Part shown: positions 59,122 to 64,000 of the stretch, in pieces
Layout: every line of letters begins with the position of its first letter
How positions within the stretch are numbered: the stretch's first letter is position 1
Assembly: GCA_010093745.1 (NCBI GenBank)
Contig: MU005961.1
Location: 62,001 to 126,000 of the forward strand
Length of the DNA: 64,000 nucleotides
Direction of reading: 5' to 3'
Source: Piedraia hortae CBS 480.64
Taxonomy: Eukaryota
Position numbers and translations under genes: made by a program
The notes under the pieces: generated by a model
Database searches by the model: none
Seen by the model: only the letters and a program-made list of their open reading frames with translations
Told to the model about the DNA's origin: nothing

Positions 59122-59712
59122 ATGTCTTCCAAGCAAAACTCCGACCACACAACCATGTCCGCCACAGACCAAAGCCCTGACCAAACAAACATGTCCACCA
59201 ACCAAAACACCAACCAAAACACCAATCAATTAACCACATCAACCAAACCAACATCACCAGAACCATTCAAACCCTTCTTCACCCTAATCCGCACCCCCTC
59301 AGGTGACGACGAAGAAGAATCCCACCCTAAAGTCCAATACATTTTCTCCGACGACGACACCAACCTCCTCACCGAATCCATCCTTACATCCATCGACCCC
59401 CATCAACCCTCCAACATCGAGAACCGATCAATTTTAATAGATATTTCCCCTACGGGTGAGGTAGAGAAGTGCGTTTCCCTCGCAAAAGAGTGGCAGGTTG
59501 TAGATACGGAGGTCAGGGAGTTGACGCCTTTGGAGGGAGAGAGGGGGAGGATGGTCACGATTTTTGGGGTGGGGATGGGGAAAGAGGGGAGGGATGGTAG
59601 GGATGCTTCGCGGAGGAGGGGGACGACGACGGGAAAAGGGAGGATTGAGGGTTTGGCGAAGGAGTTTGGGGAGGGGGTGGATTTATTGGGAGTTATTCTG
59701 GGAAGGGGATAA
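59122..59712 (+). CDS. Conserved fungal hypothetical protein (Atg31-like, see findings)
   Basis: 196-aa ORF with a low-complexity N-terminus, then PFFTLI...HPKVQYIFSDDD...SILIDI....V....SL...WQV. Confidence 0.75.
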   Translation: MSSKQNSDHTTMSATDQSPDQTNMSTNQNTNQNTNQLTTSTKPTSPEPFKPFFTLIRTPSGDDEEESHPKVQYIFSDDDTNLLTESILTSIDPHQPSNIENRSILIDISPTGEVEKCVSLAKEWQVVDTEVRELTPLEGERGRMVTIFGVGMGKEGRDGRDASRRRGTTTGKGRIEGLAKEFGEGVDLLGVILGRG

Positions 59713-59842
59713 TGGGGTGGTGAAGGATGCTTCGCGGGATGCGGGAGAAAGGCTACGCGGGCTGGGGTGGGATGGGATGGGGGAGGTTAAATATGCGGGA
59801 TGATGGCATGGGAGGGAGGCTACGCAAAAACGATGGACGATT

Positions 59843-61558
59843 TTAATCGCTACGTAAAAAGAGACGATAGGTTTGGTTGTCCGTTTCTTCCGTATATCGG
59901 TATCCGATTTCTTGGAGGAATTTTCTGAGTTCATTTTCCTGGTCAGAGGGACACTGGATTCCGGCGAGGACTTTACCCACGTCACCGCCGTAGTTTCTGT
60001 AATGGAACAGGCTGGTGTTGAGTCCGGGTTGCATTGTTGTGAGGAATTTGTGCAGAGCTCCCTGCCGTTCGGGGAATTCGAAAGCGAATAGTCTCTCGGA
60101 AGAGACTTCTGTTCGTCCTCCGACGAGATATCGGAGGTGAGATTTGACCAGTTCGTCGCTGGTTACGTCTCGTGTTTTCATCCCGTCGGATTCCAACCTT
60201 TCAATCACCTGCGCCAGATACCGGGTGCGTGTTGCTGCCGGGAGGGACAGGCCCAAGAAGACGTTGGCATGGTCAGGATGGCTATAGCGATAGCTGAACT
60301 CCGTCACTGCCAGAGGATTCACCGCCGCTATGACCTTTGCGAACGCTCCAGGACGCTCTGGAATGGTCACCGCAAGGAGAGCTTCTTTCTTCTCTCCCAT
60401 CGCCGCTCGTTCGGCCACGAATCGTAGTCGGTCGAAATTCATGTTCGCACCAGAAGCTACAGCAACGAACTGACGTTTGGGATTCGGATCCGGGTTTTGC
60501 TCGACATATTTCTTCAGTCCAGCTACGGATAACGCGCCGGCAGGCTCCAAGATGGAACGTGTATCTTCGAAAACATCCTTGATAGCCGCACAAATGTCGT
60601 CTGTGTCGACTTGGATGACTTCGTCAACGACAGTAGAGCACACCCGAAAAGTCTCCCGACCAACCGTTTTGACGGCAGCCCCATCGGCGAAGAGGCCGAC
60701 GTCTTTCAACGTGACCCGCTCTCCAGCCTTGAGCGATTGTACCAGGGCATTTGCATCGTAAGTTTCCACCCCAATGATCTTGACATGAGGTGCGATACGC
60801 TTCACATATGCTCCCGTGCCTGCGATGAGACCGCCTCCGCCAACACAGCAGAAGATGGCCTCAAGTCGGCTAAGATCAGCCTGACGTAGGATTTCAGCTC
60901 CGATGGTGCCCTGGCCAGCAATGACATATGGATCATCAAAAGGTGGGATGATGGTGAGATCATGTAGCTCCGCAAGACGTGCACATTCTGCTTTGGCGGC
61001 ATCAAAATCTTCGCCGTGTAATACTACTGCCCCTCCCAGTCTAGAGACATTGGTGTGCTTGATTGCTGGTGTGCCTATCGGCATGGTTATCGTAGCTGGA
61101 ATTCGAAGTTTCTGCGCAGAATAGGCCACGCCTTGGGCATGGTTCCCAGCCGAGCAAGCAACTACTCCCTTCCACTTCTCTTCCTTGCTCAAGTGGGCCA
61201 TTTTGTTATAGGCACCTCTGAGTTTGAAGGAGAATACAGGAAGTAAGTCTTCTCGTTTGAGGAGAACATTGCACTCCAGCTTGTTGCTGAGATTGATGGC
61301 GTGCGTGACCGGTGTAGTGTCGATAACATCGTACACTTTGGCCGTCAGAATGAGCCGAAGGTACTACAAACTCAGCCCGGAACACAGCAGTACGGAGGCA
61401 CTTACATCTGGGTGGCCAGTGGGCAAAAGAAAATCGGCGGGCACACCCGCATCACGACCTTCCTCAAGTTCAGATTTTTCAGCAGAGTATTCAGTCAAAG
61501 CCAGACTAGCACGCGAGGGTTTTGAAGAATGGTTGACACCGTTGGGCACTTGTTCCAT
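59843..61558 (-). CDS. ILV1: Threonine dehydratase (biosynthetic)
   Basis: [18 protein letters not shown] (PLP lysine), [14 protein letters not shown] and [10 protein letters not shown] with two C-terminal regulatory domains. Intron ~61361-61404. Confidence 0.97.
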
Positions 61559-61686
61559 TGTGTGGTCAAAAAAGTTTATGACATACCCCATGTTATTACC
61601 ACGTCGCTAGGAAAATTATTAAACCGTTTGTGCATTCTGCTCGCTTCCCTTCACTTTCCACCATTCCTTTCATGTGGCCGATCTAC

Positions 61687-62741
61687 TTAGGCACCCTCGT
61701 CATCATCACCCACTCGAATCTGTCCCTCGCTGGCAAGACCAGTGCTCCAGTAGCCATTCAGCTCAAGATTGATCTCAGGAAGACGGGCATGGCTGAACAA
61801 AAGCCAGGCACCGAAAACAGGCTTGGCTAGAATGTCCAGGATGACATAGGCGATAATCTCTTCATCAACGCTCATCTTGCGAGCTCCCTCACCAATGCCC
61901 CAGATGCTGTGTCATAGTTGTTAGCCATGTCAAGCTAAATTGTCGGACAACTTACATAGGATAGATGGCCCAGACAACCAAGGTAAAGCCGGCAATAGAA
62001 AGGAAGAAGTTGCGCGGCCTCTCACCACAAGCCAAGGCGGCAACGCGGCCATTTCCAAGGAGCTGCCAGACAATGACCAGATAGGAAATGCAGGCAATGG
62101 TGTACCAGCCCCAGCGCTGAGGAGTATCCTCACGGCCAAATGCGGCGAAAAGTCCGGTCAGGGCCATGATGAGATCAGCCACAATGGCTAGGAGGGTGTG
62201 ACCACCGTCGAGGCCAGCGACCAAGCAAAGATCCAGGAGCAAGAGGGGGGTGGTAAGAGCCCAGTCAACATAGCGGGCCCAGTAGACTTGACGCACAATC
62301 TCCTTTGTAGTGTCAGGAACGCCATGCTTGTGGTGCTGCTTCTCCGTGATGTAGTGCTCGCTAACGCCATGTCCACTGGCCATGGCAAAGTAAGAGAGCG
62401 TGGCAATCGTCACAATCAGAGTGGTAATGACATGGAAAAGTCGTTTGGACTAAGAAGTTAGCTACATACTCGAGCGTGAGCATTCATCCTTACCATCGGG
62501 ATGCTCCATGACACGCCAACAAAGACAATCATGGAGATGAGCATGACAACAAAGCCAACCCTGAGTTGTTAGCAGCTCGTAGCTGTAGAGCCTGTTGCAC
62601 TTACCATAGAGAACGATGGCCAGCCTCGCCAGCTACTTCATACTCCGGCAGAGTGGGAACCACGGTGGGAATTGGAGCTACCGAGCTCGTGGCAACGGGC
62701 ACCTTGGCCGTGGCAAAGGCTTGAACTGGATCCACGATCAT
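61687..62741 (-). CDS. Fungal microbial rhodopsin (Leptosphaeria rhodopsin/NOP-1 type), 4 exons
   Basis: SYFAMASG, ARYVDWALTTPLLLLD (D-T-D motif), WGWY, YP and LDILAK (retinal-binding Lys). Confidence 0.95.
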
Positions 62742-63037
62742 TCTGGGCAGTATTCTGAGGATTAACAGGAGATGTAGAAGGAGGTGATGAGGAAAACAGA
62801 GCAGAAACAAGCTTGCGGCGGTTAAGGCGGGGACTGTCACGGGATGACGGCTGAGTGACGTCGCTCCGTTTTAGCGCGTAAACAAATCAATATGTGGGGC
62901 ACAGTTACCGATTCGGACCATCAGGCTGGTTGTATGATTACCCAACTCGCACACGGATTAACTAAATACCCCGGTCTGCTTAACCAGCCGCCGTTCGGGT
63001 ACCAACGGTTGACATTAGTTCCAACCAGGCTTCCCTA

Positions 63038-64000
63038 ATGCAACAACTGATACCGTTCGCAGCCCTGCTGGGCGCTGCTTGGGGATCATGCTCTCCATAC
63101 TCTCCGTACTCTCCCCAATTTGTCTATACCGGGCTGGAGAAGAGACCAGAGGATTGCCCGCCTTGTTTCAATTGCAATCTCGATGACTTTGTCTGTCTCC
63201 AATTTGCAAACTGCACCAAGAGCTCTGGAAAATGCGCGTGTCCGTCTGGATTTGGAGGAGATGATTGTGGCGAACCTCTCTGCGGCTCTCTGCCAGAGGG
63301 CAAGGATCGACTACCTCGGCAAGGCAAAGAGTGTGAATGCAAAGAAGGGTGGGATGGAATCAACTGCAACGTCTGCAATAATGACGCTGCGTGCGGTGCT
63401 ATGATGCCGCCTGGGCAGACAGATGATGCCGTATGTTACCAAGGAGGGTTGGCCGTTAACGAGAACTTTCAAATGTGTGACATTACCAATCGCAAGATCC
63501 TCGACCAACTAAAAGAAAAGAAGCCTCAGGCCACGTTTAGCTGCAATTCAGAACGGAATGACTGCAATTTCCAGTTCTGGGTCGACCAAAAGGAGAGTTT
63601 TTACTGTTCGCTGGATGATTGTTCGTGGAAAGCCGAGGCAACCGAAACGTCCAATACAACAAGCTATCGTTGTGAACACATGAAATGTGCCTGTGTACCT
63701 GGACGTATGCTCTGCGGCTCTGCCAACAGCATTGATATTTCAGACTTCTTGACCGAAGAGATCAAAGGGCCAGCTACCTTTTCCACCGTCAAAACCAAGG
63801 GAAACTCAGATCGTGATGGATCACGGTTTTCTGAGCCTGCAATGAATGATTTGATTTCATCCGTGTTTGGAGACGAAAGTATCTTCCTCCGTTGCCACTC
63901 TGGCGAATGCTTGTATAAGACCGAGGTGCCTGGCTACGTTCGCCCAATCAAAAGGATCAACACTCCATTGATTGCAGGAGTCATAGCAGCTTGCGCCCTG
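63038..64000 (+). CDS. ADP1: ABCG-type ATP-dependent permease Adp1, 5' part (runs off window)
   Basis: Signal peptide [16 protein letters not shown], then Cys-rich EGF-like CPPCFNC...[57 protein letters not shown]. The frame is open to the window end. Confidence 0.92.
   Translation, partial: MQQLIPFAALLGAAWGSCSPYSPYSPQFVYTGLEKRPEDCPPCFNCNLDDFVCLQFANCTKSSGKCACPSGFGGDDCGEPLCGSLPEGKDRLPRQGKECECKEGWDGINCNVCNNDAACGAMMPPGQTDDAVCYQGGLAVNENFQMCDITNRKILDQLKEKKPQATFSCNSERNDCNFQFWVDQKESFYCSLDDCSWKAEATETSNTTSYRCEHMKCACVPGRMLCGSANSIDISDFLTEEIKGPATFSTVKTKGNSDRDGSRFSEPAMNDLISSVFGDESIFLRCHSGECLYKTEVPGYVRPIKRINTPLIAGVIAACAL

Noticed and set aside
1..64000. CRISPR arrays, rRNA, telomeric arrays, Starship captain recombinase, secondary-metabolite cluster
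   Set aside because: No repeat-spacer array, rRNA signature, (TTAGGG)n tract, tyrosine recombinase or PKS/NRPS gene was found.

Overview
This window is eukaryotic DNA from a compact, intron-poor filamentous ascomycete, probably a Dothideomycete (the opsin is Leptosphaeria-type; the species cannot be fixed from sequence alone). Most of it is a tightly packed run of housekeeping genes: separase 3' part, RRM/SR protein, DUF3431, MFS transporter, SMC1, NNF1, GPC1, RCF1, ANTH adaptor, mitochondrial EF-G1, PRP17, Myb-like protein, QRI7, patatin lipase, Zn2Cys6 factor, acylglycerol lipase, MEMO1, ILV1, rhodopsin and the ADP1 5' part. There are three intron-containing tRNA genes. Two gene-poor islands of decayed sequence (~3.2-16.7 kb, ~27.8-30.8 kb) hold an integrase fragment, a TPR pseudogene, two DUF7924-like copies and a fasciclin pseudogene. 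A complete Tc1/mariner (DD34E) element has 212-bp TIRs that are themselves degenerate palindromes. The best leads are an MCB-flanked SIVA1-like zinc-finger protein with a PIP-like motif, a candidate filamentous-fungal Atg31, a CCDC28-like protein, the fold-back TIRs, and a recurring orientation-independent C/A-to-G/T skew switch inside genes. All remote homology calls come from recalled sequences and need profile or structure searches. No CRISPR array or rRNA was seen.
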